Virus record (IMG/VR): IMGVR_UViG_3300035181_000699
Strand: one strand, 5' to 3'
Source of the DNA: an uncultured virus (IMG/VR IMGVR_UViG_3300035181_000699)
Taxonomy: Duplodnaviria; Heunggongvirae; Uroviricota; Caudoviricetes
DNA length: 64,000 bases
Program-made: the position numbers and the translations under genes
Shown: positions 48,315 to 58,048 of the stretch, piece by piece
How positions within the stretch are numbered: position 1 is the stretch's first letter
Layout: every line of letters begins with the position of its first letter
Notes under the pieces: generated by a model
Seen by the model: only the letters and a program-made list of their open reading frames with translations
Told to the model about the DNA's origin: nothing
The model's database searches: none

Positions 48315-48889
48315 ATCCATTTAGGGTAGTGAACCTCCGAGGAACTAACGGCTCCGGCAAGAGCACAGTTGCTAGGGGTGTGCTTACTTCTTGTGGGTCA
48401 TTCCCTGAGATGACTAAACTTGGGCAAGAGAATGGATACGTCACTGAATCAGGTATCCATGTGTTGGGCAAGTACGTGACCAGCTGTGGGGGGTGCGACA
48501 CAATTAAGGCCCAATCTCTGATGATTGATTCCATAGTGAGCATCATAGGGCACGGGCCTATTCTGTTTGAGGGCCTGATTATTTCTAACCTATTCAGCAC
48601 CTGGTACAAAACCTCACAGACGCTGAGGGAGATACAGCGAGCCAACGGTGCCCCAGAAGAAGGTCTTGTTTGGGCATTCCTCAATACTCCTATTGATGTG
48701 TGCTTAGCGAGGGTGTATGCGCGCAACGGCGGGAAAGCTATCAAGGAAAAGAACGTGATAGACAAGTGGAAAGCAATAGAATCCTGCAAACTGAAGGCTG
48801 CAGAGGTTGGGGAAAATGTGTTTGAAATTGACTACAAAGACCCGCTGCCCCAAGTCCTAGAGCTTTTGACCTGTGTTAATTTACCTTGA
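48311..48889 (+). CDS. P-loop kinase of the type associated with base-modification loci
   Basis: RGTNGSGKST, LGKY...GGCD and FEG motifs. Confidence 0.75.
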   Translation: MNPFRVVNLRGTNGSGKSTVARGVLTSCGSFPEMTKLGQENGYVTESGIHVLGKYVTSCGGCDTIKAQSLMIDSIVSIIGHGPILFEGLIISNLFSTWYKTSQTLREIQRANGAPEEGLVWAFLNTPIDVCLARVYARNGGKAIKEKNVIDKWKAIESCKLKAAEVGENVFEIDYKDPLPQVLELLTCVNLP

Positions 48890-48902
48890 CCAAAGCTGTA
48901 TC
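48876..48902 (+). promoter_or_regulatory. Candidate middle promoter TTAATTTA-N12-CTGTATC
   Basis: Motif shared with 38120 and 52875. Confidence 0.55.
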
Positions 48903-48920
48903 TCTCATTAGGAGGCTAGT

Positions 48921-49133
48921 ATGACTTGTTGCGCCAACAACTCCGACAGAATTGACTTAATCAACTCGGAGCTTAGACGTAGAGGAATTAAGGCCAAAGT
49001 ATCAATGGGTAAGGAAAATAAGTTGGTCTTTACATGTGCTATGGTGGATTATGAGCAGGTACATGCCATTGTGGATAAATACAGTGAAAAGGAGGACACA
49101 TGCCTGACACAAACGATGTCAACCCCAAGCTGA
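48921..49133 (+). CDS. Hypothetical protein
   Basis: AGGAGG RBS. Confidence 0.6.
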   Translation: MTCCANNSDRIDLINSELRRRGIKAKVSMGKENKLVFTCAMVDYEQVHAIVDKYSEKEDTCLTQTMSTPS

Positions 49134-49591
49134 AGTTCAGTTTGGGCGGGAAGCAGGTTGTCTATGACCTGCAGAAAGAGGTCGAGATAGACGGCGAACG
49201 TATCAACGCTTGCATCATAGAGCAACCAACCAAGTTTGCCTACATTGCCACTGTGCACGCTGGGTACAAGGGTGCTGCAGAGGGAGCAAAGGTCAAATTG
49301 GATTTGGTCTATAGCAAGATGGATGCTTTGATTAGGCAGGCAGCTGCTGAAGGAGGAGAGAAGATAACGGAAGCTGTGGTGACTTCCAGGATTAAGCAAA
49401 GTAACAAGTATCTGGAAGCCATGCAGACATATGAAGAGCTCTCAAACATAGAGCGCCAGTTGAGCGTAGCTGTTGAAGCCTTCCGCCAGCGTAAGGACAT
49501 GCTGATTACCTTGGCGAGCAACATGCGGGCAGAGATGGATAACCAACTTTCACTCAAACGTGAGTCGTACCAACGTTCCATTGAAGAGTAG
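49100..49591 (+). CDS. Recombination mediator (UvsY-like)
   Basis: Helical; KITEA..., AFRQRKDML; adjacent to SSB and RecA genes. Confidence 0.65.
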   Translation: MPDTNDVNPKLKFSLGGKQVVYDLQKEVEIDGERINACIIEQPTKFAYIATVHAGYKGAAEGAKVKLDLVYSKMDALIRQAAAEGGEKITEAVVTSRIKQSNKYLEAMQTYEELSNIERQLSVAVEAFRQRKDMLITLASNMRAEMDNQLSLKRESYQRSIEE

Positions 49592-49600
49592 GAGGAGCAG

Positions 49601-50668
49601 ATGGCAACAGAAGCGTTGTTAGCTAAGTACCGTCAACGTCAGGCCGAGGCCTCTAGGCGCCAGGGGTCTAAGGACATTTGGACTAACATTGACCCAGGTG
49701 ACAATTTCTTTAGGATTCTAAAGAGTGCTCCTGACGGTGGGTTCTACGTTTCGGCGCTATACCATAACCGGCTTCAGCTGTTGGGAGTACCAGCAGACAT
49801 GGGCAAGGGCTGTTACTGCCGCAAGTCCTTCGACAGTAAGGCTAAGTGCCCAATATGCGAATTGGTTGAGAGGCTCGCGGCAAGCGGAGACCCGCAAGAC
49901 GCTGAAGTAGCTAAGGCATGCAAGGCCAAAGTCAAGCTGTGCAGTTGGGCTTTCAAGCTGAAGTCCCCGCAGGATACTGAGCCAGAGGAAGCCAAGCCAC
50001 GCATTCTTACATACCCCCCATCAGTAGAGAGCCAGTTGCTTACTTACTTCTTAGACCCTGACTACGGCGACTTTACTGACCCAAAGACCGGTAGGAATAT
50101 CACCATTAGCAAAACAGGCACAGGTCTTGGCACTGAGTACAGTGTGAGACCAAGGCCGAAGGCTAGTGCGTTTGCCTTTGATGCCAGCCAACTGCCATCA
50201 ATCGCAGAGACCATTCCTCCCCGCTCTTATGAGGAGATGTGCCGTATGCTCGGTCAAGAGCCAGAAGAAGGGGAAGAAGCCCTAGCTCCGGCCCCAGCGC
50301 CAACTCCTGCCCCAACTCCGAAGCATGAGCCTGAGCCTGCTCCCCCACAGAAAGCTAAGCCTGTGGTGACTACTACCAAAGTTCCTGCCCCTGCTCCTGT
50401 GGCTGCTAAGCCTGCTCCCAAGCCTCCCATTACGCCCAAGCCAGTAGCCAAGGCAGCTCCTCTTCCCCTTGAGCCAGAGCCAGAGGAAGAGCCCCCTACA
50501 GAAGAAGCCGAACCAAGCGATACTCCTCCAGTGGATGATGCCATTACGCCAGACGACAGCAAGCCTGCCTGCTTTGGAGATGGGGACACGTTCAACCCAC
50601 GCAGCGACGTCTGTAAGGCATGCCCGTATATGCAACCTTGCAAGAACATCTTCCTGGGTATTGGTTGA
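49601..50668 (+). CDS. ssDNA-binding protein (gp32-like) with Pro-rich linker and C-terminal Cys4 motif
   Basis: FRIL, CPICE, DFTDPKTGRNITISKTG and TEYSV motifs. Confidence 0.75.
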   Translation: MATEALLAKYRQRQAEASRRQGSKDIWTNIDPGDNFFRILKSAPDGGFYVSALYHNRLQLLGVPADMGKGCYCRKSFDSKAKCPICELVERLAASGDPQDAEVAKACKAKVKLCSWAFKLKSPQDTEPEEAKPRILTYPPSVESQLLTYFLDPDYGDFTDPKTGRNITISKTGTGLGTEYSVRPRPKASAFAFDASQLPSIAETIPPRSYEEMCRMLGQEPEEGEEALAPAPAPTPAPTPKHEPEPAPPQKAKPVVTTTKVPAPAPVAAKPAPKPPITPKPVAKAAPLPLEPEPEEEPPTEEAEPSDTPPVDDAITPDDSKPACFGDGDTFNPRSDVCKACPYMQPCKNIFLGIG

Positions 50669-50674
50669 TGAGCC

Positions 50675-51730
50675 ATGTCTAAGGATAAAGAGGTTAGCCC
50701 AGCTGTCAAGGTTAAGGGGTTCTCCTTGTTGAAGGAGAACCCCATGTATGCCAATCCTCCTGGCTATCTCAACACTGGCAATCTATTTCTTAATTGGGCG
50801 ATAGCAAATGACGCCAGTCGTGGATGGCCTAAAGGCAAAACTGTTGAGCTGTACGGAGACCCTAGCACTGGCAAGAGCTTGTTGGCTACTCAGGCATTGG
50901 CTCAGTGCCAGGCCGAGGGTGGTCTAGCAGTCTTAGACGACATAGAGCATGCGTACAGCCCGGAATTTGGTAGCAAACTGGGCGTTGACTCTGATAAACT
51001 GCTCATAGGCAGTTCTAAGACTGTGGAAGAGTGCTTCAGTAACTTAGAAAAAGTTATGAAGCAGGCTTTCGCGGCAGGGTACAAGGATTGTTGCATGGTT
51101 GTTGACTCGCTAGGCCAAATTTCCAGTGAACACGAAATGGAAGTTGGGTTTGAGAAGAGAGACATGACTAAGGCGTATTTGATTCGCCAAGGCATGCGCG
51201 TTCTCTCCCCGCTGGTGGCTGAATACGGGTATTTGCTCATCGTTCTGAACCATGTGACAGCTAACATAGGTGACATGTTCAATCCGCGTACCACAACTGG
51301 AGGCTCAGGAGTCAAATATGGCGCCAGCGTGCGTGTTGAATTGGCCTATGCTGGCAGGTTTCCTCAGCAGAAAGAAAAACCTCAAACAGGGGTCATAACC
51401 AAGTACAAAATAACCAAGAACAGAGTCGCCCCTCCGTTCAGGACCGGACAATTTGTTATCTCTTTCAGTACAGGAGTTGCTGCGGCTTCGGGAGCTTGCG
51501 AGACCCTTAAAACTCTGGGCTTATTGGAGCCGAACAGAACTCCTGGCTTTGTGTCATTTGTAGATGACGAAAACACTAAGTACCGGCGTTCTACATTTGA
51601 CGATGAGTTTGAGGACATAGCTAAGAGCCGAGGGTACAGCGGTGGAGTGGAGTTCATCAATTCCATACTATCCGACCCAGCGGCTGCAGAAGCAGTTACA
51701 GTCCTAGAGGAGAGCACAGATGCTGAATAA
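50675..51730 (+). CDS. recA: RecA/UvsX recombinase
   Basis: ELYGDPSTGKS, DIEHA, VVDS, TTGG and KNRVAPPFR motifs. Confidence 0.95.
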   Translation: MSKDKEVSPAVKVKGFSLLKENPMYANPPGYLNTGNLFLNWAIANDASRGWPKGKTVELYGDPSTGKSLLATQALAQCQAEGGLAVLDDIEHAYSPEFGSKLGVDSDKLLIGSSKTVEECFSNLEKVMKQAFAAGYKDCCMVVDSLGQISSEHEMEVGFEKRDMTKAYLIRQGMRVLSPLVAEYGYLLIVLNHVTANIGDMFNPRTTTGGSGVKYGASVRVELAYAGRFPQQKEKPQTGVITKYKITKNRVAPPFRTGQFVISFSTGVAAASGACETLKTLGLLEPNRTPGFVSFVDDENTKYRRSTFDDEFEDIAKSRGYSGGVEFINSILSDPAAAEAVTVLEESTDAE

Positions 51731-51938
51731 CTATAGTCTAGCTAAGCTATACGAAGAAGGCAGCGCACTTGATGAGAGAATGGTGAGGGAACTGTCTGGC
51801 CTCCGTGCAGGCGGGGATAGGGCTTTGATGTCGGTTGCTAGGGCCATTCTCTTCAATGCCATGGCTCAGATACATATAGAACTTTCTCGCAGAGCTACAG
51901 AAGAGGGTAGCAATAACCATCCTGATGTTGAGGGCTGA
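51720..51938 (+). CDS. Hypothetical protein
   Basis: GAGGAG RBS; within the operon. Confidence 0.55.
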   Translation: MLNNYSLAKLYEEGSALDERMVRELSGLRAGGDRALMSVARAILFNAMAQIHIELSRRATEEGSNNHPDVEG

Positions 51939-51941
51939 GCC

Positions 51942-52874
51942 ATGCCTCAACGCACCAATTCTATGTACGTTGACGGCAATAACCTTGCCTACAGGTTTGA
52001 TTCTGCCCTGAACCTGGATTGGCAGGGCCAGCGTGTCGGGGCAATATATGGTATCGTTGGAGCGTTGAGGCAGTGGAGGTCTTCTAGCAGATACGACAAG
52101 TCCAATATAGTGTTCTTTTGGGACCAAGGCCATGCCAAAGAACGGCTAGAAGTTTTGCCTACATACAAACAGAAAAAGGAACGAACTGAGGCAGAACAGG
52201 AGGCCATGAAAGACTTCTACCACCAAACAAACGTATTGAGGTCTTTGCTCCCTATGATGGGTTGTTCTTGCGTGTATGGCCCAGGTATGGAATGCGATGA
52301 CTTATTGGCTACGTGGGTAGACGTCACTTGCGCTGCGGACCCTCAGCACGAAGTGATGATTGTCAGTGGGGATAGTGATTATCAACAGCTTGTCAATGAC
52401 AGGGTGTCTATCCTCACGCCTGACAGCCACGTTCTACATGCAGAACAGGTGTTAGAGCGTCACGGCGTGCTACCAGCGTTGATTCCTCAAATGAAAGCAT
52501 TGACTGGGGACGGCAGTGACAGCATTCCTGGCATACCTGGAGTTGGCCCTAAGAGGGCATTGGGCTTGCTGATGGATTATCATTCCTTGACAACCTTAGA
52601 CAAGACTGGGTTTGCTAAGGAAGTTGAGCAGCTTGATAAGCCAACTAAGAAGTATGCTCAGCTTGTGCTCGACAACTGGAATGTGTACATCAGGAATTAT
52701 ATGCTTATCAAGCTGCCTAGTGAATTGGTGAAATTAGACAGGTCTAAGATTGTTAAAGTCAAGCCATGCTTGAACAAGGCAGCAGTCAAGCAGATGTTTA
52801 TAAACTTGGGGTTTGCCAGTCTTCTTGCTAGGTTTACTGATTTGTGGGAAAGCATAGAAGACGCTGCCAAATAG
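51942..52874 (+). CDS. 5'-3' exonuclease / flap endonuclease (T4 RNase H-like)
   Basis: VDGNN, YK, ECDD, SGDSD and GDGSDSIPGIPGVGPK motifs. Confidence 0.93.
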   Translation: MPQRTNSMYVDGNNLAYRFDSALNLDWQGQRVGAIYGIVGALRQWRSSSRYDKSNIVFFWDQGHAKERLEVLPTYKQKKERTEAEQEAMKDFYHQTNVLRSLLPMMGCSCVYGPGMECDDLLATWVDVTCAADPQHEVMIVSGDSDYQQLVNDRVSILTPDSHVLHAEQVLERHGVLPALIPQMKALTGDGSDSIPGIPGVGPKRALGLLMDYHSLTTLDKTGFAKEVEQLDKPTKKYAQLVLDNWNVYIRNYMLIKLPSELVKLDRSKIVKVKPCLNKAAVKQMFINLGFASLLARFTDLWESIEDAAK

Positions 52875-52901
52875 TTAATTTATCTTGCTTCCTGCTGAAT
52901 A
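52875..52901 (+). promoter_or_regulatory. Candidate middle promoter TTAATTTA-N12-CTGAATA
   Basis: Motif shared with 38120 and 48876. Confidence 0.5.
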
Positions 52902-52923
52902 CCTCAAAAGAGGAGGAGACCTG

Positions 52924-53964
52924 ATGAAAACAACTTTAGTCGTAACAGCAGATACTCACGCAGAGAAAGCAAGAGTTGGTTGGGTCGCCTATGCTATATT
53001 TGACAAGATTGCTGAAGTGGTAGCTAAGCACAAGGCTGCCCTTCTCATACATGGTGGGGATTGGTTTGATTCTAGGGGCAAGATTCCTACTATGGTGTTC
53101 AACCGGCTGTATAACAAGCTCAAAGAGTTTATAGCCAAAGGCATACCAGTGTACACAGTGGTCGGCAACCATGACTTGGCAGTGTCAGAAGGTGGTGTTG
53201 AGGAGTCCTCATTATATGTACTTGCTGAGGAGCTGTCCAACTTCTTTGTTGGCAGCCCTTCTGAGCCTTTGGTGGTAGAAGTATCGCCAGGGGTGTTTCT
53301 TTATTTGATTGGTTACAGCTCTTCTGTAAACCTCGAGGAGCTTGTTAGAGAGATATCATTGTCTGACCCCAAGGCCATAAACATAGCTGTTCTACACCAA
53401 GTCACATTGGGCTCAGAATCCTCTACTGGGTATGTGTTTGGGGAAGGCATTGACGCAGAGCTGCTCAGCCACAAGTTCACGTTTTCTATCCTCGGAGACA
53501 TACATAAGCCTCAACTGGTTCTCGACAATGTACTTGTACCTGGAGCACCATATGCTATGGATTTTGGTGATACAGGTGACAGAGGCTGTTGGGTATTGCA
53601 TCTTGATACTGCAGATAATTCTGTCAAGCCTGAGTTTGTGCCTCTAGAATCACCTAAGTTTCTCACAATTGATTTTGACACATCTGAAGGGTTGAACCAG
53701 GCATTGTTTGCAGTCAAACCTGAGAACTTCTACCGATTTAAGTTCCCAGAGAGTCTTTCTGCTGAATTAGGAACAAAGCTCTTGCCTTCCAATGTGTATC
53801 TAGTGCCGGAAACTACAGAGACAGAGGAGGCCCGTGTTGATTTGAGTCAGCCTCATGTTGATGTAATTGCTGAGTATGTTAACTATGCCTGTACGGACCC
53901 AGCATTAGACAAAGGGAAACTGATAGATATAGGCCATGCGATACTTGAGGAGGCGGGAGCATGA
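52924..53964 (+). CDS. SbcD/Mre11-like nuclease (gp47-like)
   Basis: ADTH, GGDWFD, GNHD and GDIHK motifs. Confidence 0.9.
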   Translation: MKTTLVVTADTHAEKARVGWVAYAIFDKIAEVVAKHKAALLIHGGDWFDSRGKIPTMVFNRLYNKLKEFIAKGIPVYTVVGNHDLAVSEGGVEESSLYVLAEELSNFFVGSPSEPLVVEVSPGVFLYLIGYSSSVNLEELVREISLSDPKAINIAVLHQVTLGSESSTGYVFGEGIDAELLSHKFTFSILGDIHKPQLVLDNVLVPGAPYAMDFGDTGDRGCWVLHLDTADNSVKPEFVPLESPKFLTIDFDTSEGLNQALFAVKPENFYRFKFPESLSAELGTKLLPSNVYLVPETTETEEARVDLSQPHVDVIAEYVNYACTDPALDKGKLIDIGHAILEEAGA

Positions 53965-55853
53965 ATGTACATGCTGAGAATATCCTGTCCTTTAAGACCC
54001 TTGATTTTGATTTCTGTAGCCACAGGCTATGCTGTGTGTTTGGCATGGGGCCGACAGGAGGCAGTAACGGTGCAGGCAAGAGCAATTTCTTTGACATTCT
54101 TAAGCTGGGCTTGTATGGCAAGAACAGTAAAGGGCTTGACAAGGCCAGTGTAATTCGTAAACATTGCAAAGAGGGCAAGATTGTTGTTTGGTGGGAGCAT
54201 CAAAGTGAGGAAAGAAGACTGATAAGAACATTTAAGCCTGCAGAATCCCTGACACTAATGGTGAATGGGGTTGACTTGCGCATACCTTCTTTAGCAGAAG
54301 CTCAAAAGAAAGTTGATGAGTGGCTGGGGCATGACTATGAGTTGTTTGAAGCTACAGTCATGTATGCTCAGGAACAAACTGAGTTCTTTGTTAATGCTGA
54401 TGAGTCTTCTAAAAAGGGTCTGCTGGAAAAGATATTGGGCTTCCAGCGTTATACTAAAGCTCAGAACGTAGCCAAGCAAAAAGAGAAGGCTCTGGCCCAA
54501 GAGGTTGAGGCAATTAGCACCCAATTGGCTACTTTGTCAGGCCAAACCTTAGCAGCAAAGAACAGCATTGCTCACTTGAAAGAAAGAGCTGCTGTTGAGG
54601 CTGAGGAACGTCAAAGTAAGAAGAAAGAGTTGACTGCTCAGTTACAAGCCATCAAGCTCCACAATACCAAGAATCTAGAAGCTAAGGTTGCTGAGCTAGA
54701 CAGTAGGATACTAGCATCTAATGACCTGTCCACTCAGGCTGCACGCTTGATGAGCCAAATTCAAGAGATACAATCTGACATCCGCTTTAATGAACAGCAG
54801 TACAATGCTAGGATGACAGAGAAAAGGACTTTAGAAGCTAAGCTGGCCCAGGCCCTGTCTCTCAAAGACCCTAGGTGTCCTACCTGCAAGAGACCGTATG
54901 ACCCAGAAAGTCTTAAGCAGAGTCAGGACAATATGAGAAATGATATAGCAGCAAAGCAAAAAGAAGCTGATAAATATGCTGCTGACGTAGAAGTGTTGAA
55001 CACCCGCAAGAAGGACCTGTATCAGCGGCTGGCGCCCTTGCAAGAAGACCTTGATAAGCTGGACGCTGTTAGAGAGCAGTACCAACTTGCTTGCAGTTCT
55101 TTGGAAAAGTTGAGGATAGAAAATGAGCACAGGCGTTCTGAGTACAAACTTCTGAAGGCCCGGATAGAGGCCCTGGAACAACCGACTACTACAGTTGAAG
55201 AGTTGGAAAGACAAAAGAAGATACTGGTTGATTTGGAGGCCAAAACTAAAGATAAAGAGGCAGAGCAGCAGCAAATAGCTTCTCAGTTGGCCCATGTTAG
55301 GTTCTGGGTGAACGGTTTTGGCAATGCAGGCATTAAGAGCTTGCTGCTAGACACATATGCTGGCTTTATCAACCAGCGCATCAACTACTATTTGTCAGAC
55401 ATCACTGATGGGGTCATCAGAGCTAAGTTTTCTACTCAAAAACAACTGAAGAGTGGGGAACTTAGAGACAAGATTGAATTCAAGGTTACGATAGACAATG
55501 AGGAGTTTGATTACAAGGCGTACAGCGGCGGGCAAAAGACAATCATCAATCTGTCAGCAATGCTCGCTTTGAGAGACCTGGCGGCCCAGGAAAGAACGCT
55601 CATTCCTATCATGATTATGGATGAGACGTTTAGGGAACTTGATGATAGATTCAGCACTGCTGTGCATAGCTTGCTGAAGAGGCTGTCTAGAACTACTTCC
55701 ATCTATGTAGTGAGTCATACAGAAGGTCTTAGAGATTGGATTGCTGACTACATAGTGGTGTCTATGAACAAAGAAAGAATCAGTTCTTTGCTGGTGGACG
55801 GGGCAGCTAAGGAAAAAGTCTCAGCAGCACATGAGGTGGCAGATGAAAACTAG
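53961..55853 (+). CDS. SbcC/Rad50-like ATPase (gp46-like)
   Basis: NGAGKS, coiled coil with CPTC hook, YSGGQ and MDE motifs. Confidence 0.93.
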   Translation: MNVHAENILSFKTLDFDFCSHRLCCVFGMGPTGGSNGAGKSNFFDILKLGLYGKNSKGLDKASVIRKHCKEGKIVVWWEHQSEERRLIRTFKPAESLTLMVNGVDLRIPSLAEAQKKVDEWLGHDYELFEATVMYAQEQTEFFVNADESSKKGLLEKILGFQRYTKAQNVAKQKEKALAQEVEAISTQLATLSGQTLAAKNSIAHLKERAAVEAEERQSKKKELTAQLQAIKLHNTKNLEAKVAELDSRILASNDLSTQAARLMSQIQEIQSDIRFNEQQYNARMTEKRTLEAKLAQALSLKDPRCPTCKRPYDPESLKQSQDNMRNDIAAKQKEADKYAADVEVLNTRKKDLYQRLAPLQEDLDKLDAVREQYQLACSSLEKLRIENEHRRSEYKLLKARIEALEQPTTTVEELERQKKILVDLEAKTKDKEAEQQQIASQLAHVRFWVNGFGNAGIKSLLLDTYAGFINQRINYYLSDITDGVIRAKFSTQKQLKSGELRDKIEFKVTIDNEEFDYKAYSGGQKTIINLSAMLALRDLAAQERTLIPIMIMDETFRELDDRFSTAVHSLLKRLSRTTSIYVVSHTEGLRDWIADYIVVSMNKERISSLLVDGAAKEKVSAAHEVADEN

Positions 55854-56235
55854 GTTAATCCAGCGATACGAGGCCAGGGTAGAGTCAGCGCTTAGGCAGG
55901 CAGAAGGCGCTCGCGTGAAAAAAAGATGGGCTAACCTGAAAGTCTGGCTGAACAGGGCGAGAGACGCAACGGAATGTATTGCTAGACACGAGCAACTCAG
56001 GACTGGCAGGATACGCCCATTTTCCAGCGAGACTCAATACTGGGAATGGCAGGAAGCTAACTGCTGTCGCTGTAAGAAATACACCGGACAGGACGGGTCG
56101 TGTGACATTAATGACGCCATCAGCGACGCGGCGTGTGGCGACGGTACCATTTCGGCTAAGATAGCCAAGCGGATGGGATACGCCAGCGGTCCGGCGTATT
56201 GCTGGGGCTGCCCGGAAAGGGAAGATGACAAATGA
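55843..56235 (+). CDS. Hypothetical Cys-rich protein
   Basis: GAGG RBS; overlap-coupled to neighbours. Confidence 0.6.
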   Translation: MKTRLIQRYEARVESALRQAEGARVKKRWANLKVWLNRARDATECIARHEQLRTGRIRPFSSETQYWEWQEANCCRCKKYTGQDGSCDINDAISDAACGDGTISAKIAKRMGYASGPAYCWGCPEREDDK

Positions 56236-56432
56236 CTAAGATTGACTGGAGCATAGAGGCATGTGAGCTAGAGGCTAGGACGACATTGGGAGAGATTGCC
56301 GGATGCCGGTTGGCCGAGGACTGGTGCTCTCTCGCAGTGTTAGCAGCGCATCTGCAAGTCATGGGGCTATCAATAGAAGCGCTGGCGAGGCATAAGGCAA
56401 AAATAAAAGCGATGGCGGTGGCAGATGAATAA
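56232..56432 (+). CDS. Hypothetical protein
   Basis: Overlap-coupled small ORF. Confidence 0.5.
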   Translation: MTKIDWSIEACELEARTTLGEIAGCRLAEDWCSLAVLAAHLQVMGLSIEALARHKAKIKAMAVADE

Positions 56433-56649
56433 TAATATTGATGGTGAAGAGCAATCGCGGGATGCTATGGCAATGCACCTACAGGGCGCGTGGGGAGCAT
56501 TGATAACGATTGAGCAACGCTGCAAAGAGAGAGACTGGCGCTCGCTCACTGAATGGGCTGACAGATTGCGAGTAGAGGCGGATATGCTTGCACAGGAGGC
56601 GAAGCGAAAGCAAAAAGTGACGGAGGTGACAGATGACCAAGAAGGTTAA
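56425..56649 (+). CDS. Hypothetical protein
   Basis: Overlap-coupled small ORF. Confidence 0.5.
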   Translation: MNNNIDGEEQSRDAMAMHLQGAWGALITIEQRCKERDWRSLTEWADRLRVEADMLAQEAKRKQKVTEVTDDQEG

Positions 56650-56845
56650 GCCGAAGTTACATGAGCGCTGGTGGTGCAAGCTCAAATGGGAGCGGGAACG
56701 ACCGCTTACGCTCTACGAAGTGCTGGACATAACGCCGCGTTCGGTGCTGATTCGCGGCGTGTACGATGCCTATGTTGGTACCAAGCGGTACTTGCGCCGC
56801 GACGTGATTTTCTATGACAAGGCGGAGAAGGGCGAAGCCATATGA
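56633..56845 (+). CDS. Hypothetical protein
   Basis: GGAGG RBS. Confidence 0.55.
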   Translation: MTKKVKPKLHERWWCKLKWERERPLTLYEVLDITPRSVLIRGVYDAYVGTKRYLRRDVIFYDKAEKGEAI

Positions 56846-56866
56846 GAGACACTACGGAGGTGCAAG

Positions 56867-57280
56867 ATGATGTTCCCTGGCTTGCATTGGCCTGGCCCTG
56901 AAGATAAATTGAATAAAGCCAAGAAGGCGAAGACAAGCTTCTTGTGCAAAATTGGCTTGCATGATTGGGAGGTTCTTGACCGAATAGAGCGGCAGCAACT
57001 TCGGGCGAACATTATAGTTGAGCGTCACTTAGCAAAGTATAGACAAGAACACCCAGGAGATAAGACCCCGAGGCCAGGGGCTGCGTGGGTGTCTGTGCCT
57101 TACGAACAACGACGGTATCTGTATAAGCGTGTGTGCCTACGGTGCCATAAATGCTACGACCAAATAACCCCCATGATTGAGTCTATTGAGTATGCCCTAT
57201 CCTACAAAGAGATAAGGCGTAAGACAGCTGAAGAGATATGCGCGCAAGTATCTGCTAGCAATGAGGATGCAACAGGGTAG
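56867..57280 (+). CDS. Hypothetical protein with CxxGxH...CxRC motif
   Basis: GGAGG RBS. Confidence 0.6.
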   Translation: MMFPGLHWPGPEDKLNKAKKAKTSFLCKIGLHDWEVLDRIERQQLRANIIVERHLAKYRQEHPGDKTPRPGAAWVSVPYEQRRYLYKRVCLRCHKCYDQITPMIESIEYALSYKEIRRKTAEEICAQVSASNEDATG

Positions 57281-57310
57281 TCATAGAAGACGCTTTGAAG
57301 GGAGGACAAA

Positions 57311-57700
57311 ATGGCAGTAACTCTTACTTGCCCACATTGCGGTTGTAGCCCAAAGTTACCCCCAAACATGCCTAGTGTGATAGTCTGCCCGTATTGCCAC
57401 AAACCTCGCGCTAACCCAGATGTACCAGGTGGCAACAAAGCATGGTTGCCAGCACCTGTAGGGGAGCCTATAGGCCAAATTGAGGCAGTCAAGGACGTTA
57501 GTGATGGGCTAGAGCTTACGGTGAAGCTACGACCAGAGTACTTCAAGCAGCTGAGAGTCAAGGACTTAGATGACTTCGTTAGTCATGTTGACAGAATGGC
57601 GGGTATAGCAAGACAACACATTGGTGAAGAACTTGACAAAGAGAAGGTTGGTGGTACAGCGGTTGGTTGGGGAGAATACGACGGAGGTTTAAGTGACTAG
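57311..57700 (+). CDS. Zinc-ribbon hypothetical protein
   Basis: CPHC and CPYC motifs; GGAGG RBS. Confidence 0.6.
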   Translation: MAVTLTCPHCGCSPKLPPNMPSVIVCPYCHKPRANPDVPGGNKAWLPAPVGEPIGQIEAVKDVSDGLELTVKLRPEYFKQLRVKDLDDFVSHVDRMAGIARQHIGEELDKEKVGGTAVGWGEYDGGLSD

Positions 57701-58004
57701 AACTATGATTATTGCTCTGAGCATTTTGATGCTTTGTAGCATAGCTGCCCAGGCAGAGTTTGTATATCAAGTCCACTCACGCTCTGAGGCTGCTCTGGTG
57801 GTGTATGTGAGTCATGACATAAGTAACTGTGACAGAGTTGTCTACATTGCTCAGAGTGAGGGCGAGGCTGCTGAGCGCAAGTGTATATGGTACATGGTTG
57901 ACTCAAAGGGAGCAGCGACTCTAACAGTGTACTTTACTCACAATCGTAGCGAAGCAGATGAGGTTGTTTACTTCACTAATGACAGGTCTGAGGTTTCATG
58001 CTAA
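57693..58004 (+). CDS. Small secreted protein with internal repeats
   Basis: Signal peptide; repeated EA(D)xxVY units. Confidence 0.65.
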   Translation: MTRTMIIALSILMLCSIAAQAEFVYQVHSRSEAALVVYVSHDISNCDRVVYIAQSEGEAAERKCIWYMVDSKGAATLTVYFTHNRSEADEVVYFTNDRSEVSC

Positions 58005-58048
58005 ACTTTTCGCTGGACAAGTTGAATACCAAGTCCATAGGAGTTACG

